DNA of 63,208 nt, the filler included, from Octopus bimaculoides (taxonomy: Eukaryota): assembly GCF_001194135.2 (NCBI RefSeq). It is 5 parts of 5 records of this genome, joined end to end, with 100 filler letters (N's around TTAATTAATTAA, not from the genome) between each part and the next. Parts side by side here need not be neighbours in the genome. Positions count along the whole stretch, not along the records: positions 39,473 to 63,208 come from NC_068995.1; 4 more parts are not named here. The stretch is one strand, 5' to 3'. The notes beneath the pieces were generated by a model. That model searched no databases. It was not told the origin of the DNA and saw nothing but the letters and a program-made list of their open reading frames with translations. Below, piece after piece: positions 42,905-55,624 of this stretch. Made by a program: the position numbers and the translations under genes. How positions within the stretch are numbered: the first letter of the stretch is position 1; the number at the start of each line of letters is the position of its first letter.

Positions 42905-44678
42905 CTCTATAGTATCTAAACAAAAATGGATCTCCATCAGTTTTGACAATGATTATTCAGTTCTTTGATCAATTAAATCATTTCCTCATTGAATTAAGTG
43001 GCTGAACATTCCACAGATAATGGTATCCTTAACATAATTCTCAGGTGTATCAGTAAAATCCAGCTGGTGGGCTTTTATTCTCAGTTCATAAATGAAGTAT
43101 CAGTAAAAAAATATTCAATTTAACCAATTAGAAACAGCCAGGTAAGGACTGTTGACAGGAAAGGAATCCAGCCATAAAATACTGTCTCAGCAAGTTTTGA
43201 TCAACTCATCCCAGCATGAAAAAAAATGATAATAATAATGATCGTGTGTGCTTGTGTGGGTGGGTGGATGGAGGGATGGGGGAGTGGAAGTGTACACACA
43301 CACATACATGATGCGTACATCTTTCAGCAATGTATATATATTGGCAAAAAATATAGACATCAATGAGAAAACTGATAAATGTGAGCTTTTGAACAAAATA
43401 CCTTATGATATTTATTTCACCTAAATTGTTAAGACAATCCCTTTCTCTGCCATCATCATGAATACAGAAAACTAGAGATTAGCCAATTGAAAACCTATAA
43501 CCAATGATACTATTGATCATCAAACAATGTGATGTGCAAATGAAATAAAATCTAAAAAACTCCAAATTATCTTGTTTCTAATTACTGTCCATTTTATCCA
43601 AAAAATACTGTTTACTTTAATAAATCTAGTTTTAAATAAATTTGTATCTTATAGATTAAAAAAAAAAAAAAAAATTCATCAAGTTGCCAAAGATAGCAAA
43701 CACAGCCATCCTTTCTTACCCTATATTTCGGTCAAATGTCCACATAAGTTGTAACAACTTGAATTCTGTAGTATAGTATTAAGTAGATGACATGTTAACT
43801 ACTCATAGGTACAATCTCAGTTTGTTACAGAGAAAGTGGTACCTATTTGTTTTTGTTATATAAACTGAGGTACCACAATTTAGATGTTCTGCCTTGATTT
43901 CTGCAAAATGCAGATGGCATAAACTCAAAGCCTACACATGGGTAATCTTTTATTTCTGCAGTCATTCTACTCAAACACACACACACACACACACACACAA
44001 TCTGCAATGAGACTGAACATGCAAAACTTAACTGCATTTCAGCATCCTTACTCATCATGCCACTGTTTCTGAGAAGTAAAAGTCTTGAAGTTGCATTAAG
44101 TTTGAAGCTCAATTCTAGAGCAAAGCACAAAGTGGATCAAAGTACATGACTATGTTATAGCACATAGTTATTTTACTAACCATGGAGGGATCGTACAAGA
44201 TTTGAACACAAAATCATCAGTTGTAGTAAAATATTAGAGTCCAACATTATTCTAATTCTGTCATGTTCAATATCAAAAACTTAGAAATTAGACAGCTACC
44301 TTTCTTAGGTCCTTATCTCAACACTGTTTTGTTTCTATCTAGTCTTAGGTCATTCCTGTTGGGACTGGCCCAAAATCAAAAGTGTTCCACTAATAACCAT
44401 TCTGTTTTCTTTTTGTTTATTTTTTTTTTCAGACATAGCATCTCTAGGGTTATATTATGCAATATATGTTTCCATATTTTAAAGACAATAGTGTAGTTTT
44501 TGAGAAAGATTTAGCTGCTATTTCTAAGTAGCTGAGTGACTAAGTAGAGGGACCCTTCTGGTTCATTGAAGGCCCCAGGAGGCAGTCTCTATTTACAAAG
44601 AGGAAAGAGAACAAGCTGTTGTCAACTGGTGAGAGTTTACTGTCTGATGTGAAGCACGGAGTCAGTTACATACCTATT

Positions 44679-44909
44679 TTAACCCTTTAATGCTTAAACT
44701 GGCCATATCTGGCACAAATATTTTATCTGTTTTAAGTTCAAACTAGCCAGAACTGATCTTTCATGCTTACACTAAAATGCCATTCTAAAAATGCAACAAT
44801 CACATCATTGAACTCGCAAAGCTATGAGATAATGCAAATAATTAATTCAAAGTAATGTGAATAAATAAGCTTTACATTTGACAGAAAAATCTGAATGCTA
44901 AAAGGTTAA
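44679..44909. mobile_element. piggyBac-type MITE, copy 1
   Basis: TTAA-CCCTTTA...AATGCTAAAAGG-TTAA; interior homologous to 46354-46583. Confidence 0.8.
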
Positions 44910-46353
44910 TGGTTAGTTATCACTAGATTGAGAGTTCAGTGAATGGATACCCATATATATTTCTGTACATCTAACCATCCTTAATATAATGTTTTGTCAA
45001 TACTACCTTATATTACAATGACATAGCCACTCATAATACATTCTGGCAGCTTTGAACAAGAATATACTAAACATTGTTGTATTTCATCACTGAAGAACAA
45101 CTTCTAAATTCAGATGAATATATGTTCATAACACACCTGAGTAATTAGCATAAGGGAACTTTGGGAAACCTGGTATTTTGACATCATGGTGTATCCTCAG
45201 TCAAAGCCAGCCAAGACTAATGAATCAATCAAGAGTTTATGACTTCAGTGAAGAAATTATTTGCTGATATGAGCTGATAATCTGCCAACCGATAATAAGT
45301 CATCATGTCCACAGTGAACAGCAAGAATCAGAAAAATGACACATATTCAGGTGTGGCTGTGTGGTAACAAGCTTGCTTCCCAACCACATGGTTCCAGGTT
45401 CAGTCTCCCACTGCTTGGCACCTAGGGTAAGTGTCTTCTACTATAGCTTCGGGATGAACTTGTGAGTGGATTTGGTACATGGAAACTGAAAGAAGCCCAT
45501 TGTGTGTGTGTGTTTGTGTGAAACCCCCACTACCACTTAATGAGCAGTGTTGATGTGTTTTTGTTCCTGTGATGTATTAGCAGTTCAGCAAAAAAGACCA
45601 ATGAAATAAGTACCAGACTTAAGAAAAATAAGTCCTGGGATCAATTCATTCAACTAAAAATTCTTCGTGACCACAGTCTAATGACTGAAACAAGAAAAAG
45701 AGAGTTTATTTGCTGTTAAACAAAAGTCACAAACTCTTTTAAGATTAATTAGTCTTGGGTAGTCTAGGGTGAGGGGACACAACAATATCAAAAGATTGTG
45801 CATCTCAAATATGTCTTACACTAATGAATTAAGTATGTTATGAAGACACATTCATCTGAAAGAAGAAGTTGTTTTCCGATGATTAGCATATTTACATTTG
45901 AATCAGTTAGAACATATCAAGAATGAATATGTAAGTAATTGAACCCTAATTGTTCTAATTTTTGCTGTTCATTGATGACAGTTTCTTACCCTATGTTATT
46001 TATCTTTTCCCTGAACAAATTTCATTATACACAGTTGCAACAGATGTGAGCAAAACCTGTGAAATGGAGTTATTGATTACTTATTGAATAATAAAATAAC
46101 TAACCAAATAAATATATTGAATCATGCAACAGAATAACTTATTTACATTAAAAACGCCTGAAAAGGTAATATATTGTACTACCAACTCTCAATAGAAATT
46201 TATCAATTTCTCAGTTATATCTTAACATGGATCATCATCACTATAGTTGTTGCTATCGTCAACATCATGATCATCAACAACAACAACAATATAATACTCT
46301 AACAACCACAGAGATTTGTCAGGTAAATGGAACAGGTAGGCTATGTACCATGC

Positions 46354-46583
46354 TTAATCCTTTAGCATTTAAACTAGCCATATCTGGCCCAAATATTCCA
46401 ACTGTTTTGTATTCAAACCAGCCAGATCTGGCCTCACACATCTAAACTACAATGTCATTCTAAAAGTAAACAATCACATCATTGAAATCTCAAAGCTATG
46501 AGATAATGCATGATTAATTCAAAATAATGTGAATAAATAAACATAATACATTGGACAGAATAATTTGAACGATAAAGGGTTAA
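46354..46583. mobile_element. piggyBac-type MITE, copy 2
   Basis: TTAA-TCCTTTAGCATT...AACGATAAAGGG-TTAA. Confidence 0.8.
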
Positions 46584-47495
46584 CCACTGCTTCTATTCTA
46601 AGCTACTCTGCAGCGAAGTAAAAGTAGCTGGATTCAATGCATTGATCAAGACAACCAGAAAAAGATTTGAAGTTAGAATATCAAGTCAGACACTGTACAT
46701 AATCTCACCTGCTTTAGTTGCTATCAATAATGAAATTAATCTGTAATACTGAGCTTTGCTATCATATTCCAACCACCACCAGGTAGCTCCTTGTTTGGTT
46801 AAAAAGTACCTTAATCTGATATCCAAGCAAACATGCAAAATTTTTCACATCACAATTCTGCTGATTTTTTTAAGTCTGAGGATTTAGCTTGCAATAAATC
46901 AATAATGTGATCACATAAGAAAAATACAACTGAAGCATTTGTAGATCAACTGGAGTACACTTAGTTTTAAGAGGAGTTATTATAGCCAAAACTCCTTGTG
47001 GGTTCTTCAACACCAGTAAGGCTGATACAGTTGATATTCAACCTGACCTCAAAGTAATAATTGTTGTTGTGTAGCTCTGATCAAGATAACAAATGGCATA
47101 CAGCTGATCAAACAACCAACTATGATCCACATATCTGCTGTTCCATTTAGTTTCTGTCAAGGACAGTAACTACACACTCCAAGATGCCTTCGTGAATTGT
47201 AAGGGTTGACATGGTCCTAATGAACCTGTACACAAATGGTATTATTTGTTTCTGTAGGCCAACTGTGGTGGTACATACGACAGCTCTAAACATTAAAAAA
47301 ATTTTCTTTTGTTTACTAAGTCTTGTGTTGTGAATGTTGGGGAAGGGTTTATAATGTCTGGTTGTATTTGATTTCTTTATGTTGTTGGGTGTGGTGGCTG
47401 GTTGTATTTGATGTTCTCTTGTTTTAAAGCCTGGTTTGTGGGTGATTAATATAGAGATGAAGCAATTTGTGTGCATGTTAGTGTATGGGCATATA

Positions 47496-47534
<39 letters not shown>

Positions 47535-48213
47535 TGTATGCATTTATGTATATATAGCTGTGTATATATGTACACACGCATGTACTAGCATATGGATGTG
47601 TGTGTGTATATATATATATATATATACACACAATATATCTTGTCTTAGGCTTGATGTGATGAACCACAAGTAATGCTCAATGTTTTTTTCTTTATCTTTT
47701 TTGTTTTTGTCTCTCTCTTTGATAAACTGTGATGATTCACAAGTAACACCCAAAAATTTAATGGGGCTTCCTGATTAGTGAAAATGGTAAATGTCTTTGA
47801 GTGTAAACATCGATCTAGCAAAAAACATTAATGTAAATGCCCAAAGAAGCAGTCACACGTAATGAAGGCATACTCAAGATTCATAAATATACATGATATT
47901 TAATAATATCCTGTGAATATGAAAATGTCCTCACAAATGAATAAGTGGGATGCAGAAACAGATGTTGCAATACATATACAAAGTCTAAACATTTCCATCC
48001 ACAAGTCATTTATATTATTATTATATTTATCCTCAGCTGTAAGGGGTTCCGCATATATAACCATCCCATAGGATTACTCTGGAAGATAGTAATAACAGGT
48101 GGTAGCCAACAACAAGAAGCACAGGAGCTTTTATGAGTGCACTCTGAGGCATTTGCTCAGGAAAATTAAAAGGATAACCAACCCATGCCAGCATGGAAAA
48201 TAGATATTATATG

Positions 48214-48303
<90 letters not shown>

Positions 48304-48554
48304 CTATTACCTTTTACTAGTTTCAGTCATTAGACAGTGGCTTTGCTGGCGCACCAGCTTGAGTATGTATATATATATGTATGTATGTANNNNNNNNNNN
48401 NNNNNNNNNNNNNNNNNNNNNNNNNNNNNNNNNNNNNNNNNNNNNNNNNNNNNNNNNNNNNNNNNNNNNNNNNNNNNTATATATATATATATATATGTAT
48501 ATATATGTATATATATGTAGATGCATATATACATACATATAGAAAATTCAGAGA

Positions 48555-49030
48555 GCTATTACCTTGTTTAGCAACAAAAGGGTCTCTGCAAGTGAAAGAT
48601 TGTATGATGCTTGTGTACAAAGGGCAATGCTACGTGGTAGTGGGATGTAGGCCCTGAATGCAGTGAATATGCAAAGACTAGAGCGGAATGAAGCTAGCAT
48701 ATTCCATTGGATGTGCAATTTCAGTATGCATGTATGACAAAATGTCAATGTACTGAGAGGAAAAATTAAGGCATGAGAAGAAACAGAAATAGCATGCAAG
48801 AGAGAAGACTGCACTGGTTTGATTATGTGATGAATATGGAGATGCCAGCTGTGTAAAGAAGAGCTGATTGCTTTAAGTAGGTGAAACCTGTGGAAGAGAG
48901 AAATTCAGAAAGACCTGGGATGAAGTAGTGAAGGCTGTCTCAAGATGCTGAACCTTATGAAGAAAATGACAAAAGAATATGATGATTGGTGATTTGCTGT
49001 GTCTGAAAAGAGCCATCCATCACAGCAGAA
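48555..49030 (+). mobile_element. Decayed RTE LINE C-terminal coding fragment
   Basis: Remnants LYDACVQRAMLRGS..ALNAVNMQRLERNEASIFHWMCN...RLHWFDYVM..GETCGREKFRKTWDEVVK. Confidence 0.85.
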
Positions 49031-49296
49031 ATGATATCCTAACACATATTTTGGTTATGCTTGTACATACAAAGGGAGCGGTCCATGACCACTCCACTCT
49101 CTCTATCAAGCATTTCTTCCATATTTCATTGCCTAACACCCATCACTTCTCTATCTTTTGTACTACTTGGCTACTGTAATCATCTGAGAGCAGAATAGGC
49201 ACATATTACATCCCCTCCCTACTGGTTCACTTCCATTTCACCATCCCTGCCCACACTGTTTTTACCATTCATGACCTTTCTGAGCCTTCAGCCATT

Positions 49297-49342
<46 letters not shown>

Positions 49343-50673
49343 ATACTCCATTCTTAATACCTCTCTTATCTGCTATCACTCTCAATGCCCTTTCATATTT
49401 TCCACCATGTCCCACTTATCTTCCATCTCTTATTTGTTTTAGTCGTTTGGTTGCAGCCATTTTGGGATACAATCTTGAAGAATTTTAGTCATATGAATTA
49501 ACCCTAGTATTTTTTTTAAAGCCTGCTTCTTATTCTATTGGTGTCTTTTGTCAAACCACTAAGGCATCTTTTGTTAAATCATAAAGGGGATATAAACACA
49601 CCAACACTGGTTGTCAAGTGGTGGTGAAAGACAAAGACATTCCCCTACACATATATATGACAAGCTTCTTTCAGTTTCTACCAAACCCACTTACAAGTCT
49701 TTGGTCAGCTTGCAGCTAGAATAGAAGATACTTGCCAAAGGTGCCACACAGTGGGACTGAACCATGAAGCATGTAGTTGGGAAACAAGCTTCTTACCACA
49801 CAACCATACCTGTACCTAACCATAGCTCCACCCCACCATGAGCCCCTCCTATATCTCTCACTATCACTCACTACATTCATGCCTACCTCACCTCTAACCA
49901 TCTCTCCTCACACACTTGTGAAATTTCCCCCTCTATCCCCACCACCCATGATCCCCTCTCTGCATCCTCTCTTACACCTTGTATTTTGAGATGCTCCAGC
50001 ATCCCACCACCACTTCCATCTTCTTTCTAGCTTTCCAGCACTCCCATCTACCCTTATATAATGTGGGGGTGTTGGAGTGGCCTTCTATTTCTGCTGCAAG
50101 ACATCTGGGCTTGCTTTTATAACACCTGGTATAGAATCATCGACCCTCTTCCCCCTTTCAAATACTAACCCATTCCCATTTAGTCAAGGAGACTTTTGCC
50201 TTCTTTTCTTTTCCCTCCTTTTTCCTACTTTATGTTCTTTTCTTACCTTGCAAGTTACTTGGAAACCTCACTAATAGCGGTGGCTGGAGAAAAGCCTCCA
50301 ATGCACTCTGTAAAGTGGTTGACATTAGGAAGGACATCCAGCTATGAAAACCATGCCAAAGCAGACAATGGACTTTGATGTGACCCCATCACTAGCCAGA
50401 TCCTGTCAAACTGTCCAACCTATGCCAGCAGGGAAAATGGACATTAAATGTAGCTGGTGATGATGATGATATAAGTTCTGGGGGAAAGGTTGAATCACTT
50501 GTAAACTAAAAATAAATAAATAAATAATAACCGGTCCTTCAGTCAAGTTGTTTCACTTGTCAGTAATGCTCTTGGGAAAGGTATGAATGTCAAATTCCCC
50601 AATTTCATAAGCCTTAAAGTCACTCAAGTTAACCACATTATGATTATGAGAAGTCAATCTATATTACATGAAC

Positions 50674-50705
<32 letters not shown>

Positions 50706-51149
50706 NNNNNNNNNNGTCTTCTGCTATAGCTCCATACCAACCAAAGGTATTGTGAGTGGATTTGGCAGATGGAAACTGAAAGAAGCCTGTTGTATATATA
50801 TCTATGTTTGTGTATGTTTTTGTGTATGTTTTTGTGTCTGTTTGTCCCTCACCAACGCTTGACAACTGGCGTTGCTGTGTTTGTGTCCTCGTAACCTAGA
50901 GATTCGGCAAAAAGAGACTGAGAGAATAAGTACCAGGCTTAAAAAGAATAAGTACTAGGATCGATTTGTTTGACTAAAATTCTTCAAGGTGGTACCCCAG
51001 CATGGCCGCTGTCTAATGATTGAAACAAGTGAAAAAGAGGAAAAAGACACACACACACACATAAAGAGAGAGAATGAGAGTGGGAATGTGTACACACACA
51101 AACACAATATAACTGCATTGTTTACTTCTGAATATGTTGATGTTTTCAG

Positions 51150-53400
51150 GATAGCGTCAAGAGTGGGTGTTTAAGCAGGTAAGAGGAAAGGATGGAGAGA
51201 GAATATGTAGGAGTAAACGGGTAATGAAGACAGTGTGGAGTCCACGTAGGTGTAAAATAATAGGTGAATAGAGGGAGGGGGTTAGAATTATGGTCGGTGT
51301 CTGCTAGAATGCCATTAATCTTGGCGCAGTGTGTATATAGCTCCAAAGAATATACGGTATAATCAATCAATCCTCCAGACGAGACGTATCAGCATTCCTT
51401 TATGTCACTAAAGCTCTTGAGAAAGGCATGAAAGTCCCATAATCTCATTTTCACCTACCCATACGTAAGAAATCAATAATGCCTACGCAAGAAATCAATA
51501 ATGGTGCAGTGTGTATGTATGAATGAATATATGTAGTTAAACTTCTGAAACGGTGCCCGTCCTACCAGGGAGAGAGAGAGAGAGAGAGAGAGGCGGAGTC
51601 TAAACATCGTTGACATAGCCACCTCTGATGGCAATGGACTGTCCTAAATGTCCGAACCGGTCAATCGTTTGAACATAGGCATGGTTTGCAAAAGGTTGGT
51701 GATGGTGGTGTTGATGTTGGTACAATGAGTGGGGATTGTGTTGTAGTGTGTCGCTCTCAACGTCATAACCAAACAACTTGTTTTGTAGGTTAAACGAACA
51801 AGGAACGAAACCTAATTGATATGGTGTGTTTGTAATGACTTCATGTCTGTTGCTGTCATTATTTAGCTTCAGTTCTGATCTGATCTGATCAAGCAGACCT
51901 GTATCCAAAGGAGTTTCAGTCATGATGATCTCGACTTGTTTTGTGAAGCCCTAAGAAAGGACGTACGAAGGAATCTGGTTATTATTATTATTTTTAAAGT
52001 AAGTCGAACGACCGTCTTTAATAGTGCATAATGTCCGAATAAATCACTTTACTAGAAAATGACAAACCGTTTGTGTGTGTATGTGTGCGTGCGTGTGTGT
52101 GCAGAAGACGGCCCCAGGCTTCATTGCTATGTGAGAAATCTGTTAAACAGCAGTATATATTTATCATAGTGAGCACAGTGTGAGTGTATTAATCGGTATG
52201 TATTAGCTAACCATAACAGTAAATAAAAACACAGACAAGGTAAAGCCTAGATATAAATACTAGGTAAAGTACAATGCGTAACAAAAGAAATACAACTGAA
52301 TGCATGTGGGTATATGTATATACGTATGTGTGTGTGTGTGTGTAAAAAGAGAGAGGGGGGCGAAGAGGGGAAAGAAATAGACTAAGAGGTAGAAAATAGT
52401 TAATCAGACATTATGATGGTCAAACAATGAGAACGATAGCAAGAACATGTCAGGTTTAAGATAGACATACATTAGAAGGGTTTCAACTGACGCACACATT
52501 GTTTTTATAATCGAACTAGAATTTCTAAGCTACGAAAAGAAAGAGTGATTCAATCGAAATATCAAAATAAATAGATTTAATAAAATGAATAATCAGATTT
52601 GATCGAAAATGTGATCTAATATAGTTTTCGGTCATGCTTGAAAATAATCCCAAAGATATTTCATGGCAGGAGATGACTGTACTCGCCATAGAAACGATCC
52701 CTAACACTAGCTTTCGAGGTAAATAAATAGATTGACAAATACATTTATGATGAAAGCTGGTGGGGGGAGGGGAATACTCTCTTATTATGGATAGATAGAT
52801 ATCAATATTTACCTGAGGAATAACGGAAAATCCAGTAAGAGAGAATGACCGGTATAAGTATCCAGGAAGGTTAGTTCCACAACGCAGAAAACACGCACGC
52901 ACTTACACACGCATATAATATATATATATATANNNNNNNNNNNNNNNNNNNNNNNNNNNNNNNNNNNTATATATATCTATCTATGTGTGTGTGTTTGTGT
53001 ATATATGCGTGCGTTTTATGAATTACACAAACAAACACACCGACCTCCACACAACGAAATAATATATGGCTCCTTTTTACCCCCTTTATAAAAATGCCGG
53101 CTTCAAAACTGCAAGCATTGTGTTGAGAGTTCAGAGATGTGCTGGTAAAATATCCGTTTGGTATTGATTTTTGAAAATCACGAAATAAACAGAAAACACT
53201 ACTTCTATAACTGCTATTACTACTATTAATGTTACTCCTGCTGCTGTCGTCTACTCTTACTGCTTCTGTGCTCAACCACTGCTACTACTGTCATTATATG
53301 ACAATTTGACCTGCTAGAAATAGCAGCCGAATATTCCTCAAACATACATTGTTAGAACACAGAAGGCTATATGTGAACAATGTAGATATTCAAAAATACA
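51150..53400. promoter_or_regulatory. CpG-rich island between two CpG-depleted blocks; putative (bidirectional) promoter region
   Basis: By eye, several-fold higher CpG density than the flanks. It contains (GA)n at 51570-51592, a GC-box-like GGCGGAG at 51592-51598 and a consensus + strand donor AA|GTAAGT at 51999. Confidence 0.5.
51600..51950 (-). CDS. Candidate 116-codon exon/ORF, product unknown
   Basis: Acceptor-like TTCCTTCGTACGTCCTTTCTTAG| then GFTKQVEIIMTETPLDTGLLDQIRSEL...HQHHHHQPF...AIRGGYVNDV*. Mostly non-repetitive, no homology recognised; an ORF this long can arise by chance. Confidence 0.3.
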   Translation of the reverse strand, partial: GFTKQVEIIMTETPLDTGLLDQIRSELKLNNDSNRHEVITNTPYQLGFVPCSFNLQNKLFGYDVESDTLQHNPHSLYQHQHHHHQPFANHAYVQTIDRFGHLGQSIAIRGGYVNDV

Positions 53401-55624
53401 GGATAATCAAGGCAAGAACGTCTTTGGCTATAGATCTACTCTATCAAAGATTACCTGGGGCTAAACAATAATTCTTGACTCTACTATTACTACTAGAGTT
53501 CAGTACTAATATTTAGAAAGGTTTCTTTTACACGCATAAAACCTCATATTTATGACAAAGGCAGAAAGGGAAGTCATGAAATGTATGCCTTTCTAAGAGA
53601 TAATCTTCATTTATCTTACTCAATTATTTATGTGTTCAGAAGTTTGCTTTCCAACCACATGGTTCTGGGTTCAGTCCCACCGCATGACACCTTGGTCAAG
53701 TGTCTAGCCTCAGGCCGACCTCTGTGTGTGTGTGTATCCTCCACCACCTCTTGATAACTGGTGTTGGTATGTTTATGTCCCTCATAACTTAGTAGTTCAG
53801 TAAAAGAGACTGATAGAATAAGTACCAGGTTTTTAAAAAAAAGGAAAAATAAGTAACTACTGGGGTCGATTCGTTTGACTAAAACACTTCATGGCTGTGC
53901 CCCAGCATGGCCACAGCCTAACGAATGTAACAAATAAAAGAAAAGATAAAAGAAAGAACCTAATCTTTCACCTAAGGATAAATCAAATTATATCATATAA
54001 ATACATCACACTCATATATATGTTAGTTTATGTTGGATGAATGAGAGAAGTGCTCAATACATGTTGTAGAGGTTATGGTTCTTTTCCTGTTGAAACTGAA
54101 ACTGAGTTCGTCACACAACTCGACTTTCAGAGTCTTTCTACTCATACACTTTGAAAGTCAAGGTTTATAACATTTAATCTCACTTTAATTTCACTGAAGA
54201 TCAATCCTAATAAATAGTTATTTTATACCAGCCTACACAGTTAATGAAATTTAGTTCAAATTAACATCACATGCCAGTGCCACATTAAAAATACTCAGCA
54301 CATACTGTAAAGTGGTTGGTATTAGGAAAGGCATCCAACTGTAGAAAACAAGCCAAATCAAACTGGAACCAGGTGCAGCTCCCTTGCTTGACAGCTCTGG
54401 TCAAACCATCCAACCCATGCCAGAATGGAAAACAGGCGTTAAAGGATGATGATGACATCATTTGTACATCCATGTTTCACAAAGTGTGTTTTCGATTATT
54501 TTTCTTAGATATATATAATGTTATTTATTTGGAGTCAAGTCTAATGGAATATTATTTAAATTGTACATTTTTTGGTTAGTTTTAGATTGAATGAGACATT
54601 TGTTGAATCTGCTATTACTTTTGAGCACACTGTCCACTAATTCATTATATTTTCTTAAGCCTTCTTATAATGGTTGTGGGTTAAATGATATCAGTCTTAT
54701 ATCTATGTCATATATAAAAGTTGTTGAAGGTCTCAAATAATAGTATTTTTGTCTTTCCTTGCCTAAATAGTGCATCTAGTTGAACTTCGTCACTTGGAAT
54801 AATTATTAATAGGCTAATCCCATTAACCTGACCAACAGATAATGAGATGGTTGTATATTTCAATTAGTTTCATAAATTATCAATTTTTTTTAATTACATG
54901 TTTAAAAACAATCCTAGGAAACGATTCAGTTGAAATTCTGAGCTTCTTGGATTTTATATTTGTAGCAGGTCACATACAAGCAGGAACTTGATAAATTTTA
55001 CATAGATTTTTAAATAATTGCGAACTTATTGTGTGCAGTGCACTTTCAGGTGCATTGCAAATCATCAGGAAAAGATAAAAGAGGGGATTGGAAGCAGTGG
55101 TAAGTCAAGAAAAGAATGAAAGCCAAAGTTGTGTGCAGAGTTCTCAGAACACAAGACAAAAAGACAGAATAGTGAACAGCAAAGAGGAATAGGTGCATAG
55201 GGATGTCAAAACTAGTGTTGGTGAATTCCAGAAAGTGCAGAATTTTTGAAGGACACAATACTCTGACAGCTAACAAGTGCAGCAAGTAGTTTATTCTCTG
55301 CTTTGACAATTGTAAACATACAGTGGTTATTTGACAGTAGTACCACTAGAACAGATCACATTCACTTAGTTTGAGACAGAAACACTAGAGTATTTAGTTT
55401 TGTCCTATGTTCTGGGGTCAAATCCTGCCAGGACCAGCTTTGTTTTTCATCTGTCTAAAATCAATGAAATAAATACCAATCAGTTTCTGGGGTTGAATCT
55501 CTAACCTCTTACACACAAAAAGTGGCCTTGTACCTAGTTAAAATTAATTAGCATTCTAGCTAGTCAAAATATATTGGCCTTCTATTTATTTAAAATATAT
55601 TGATCTTGGATCTAGTTAAAATAA

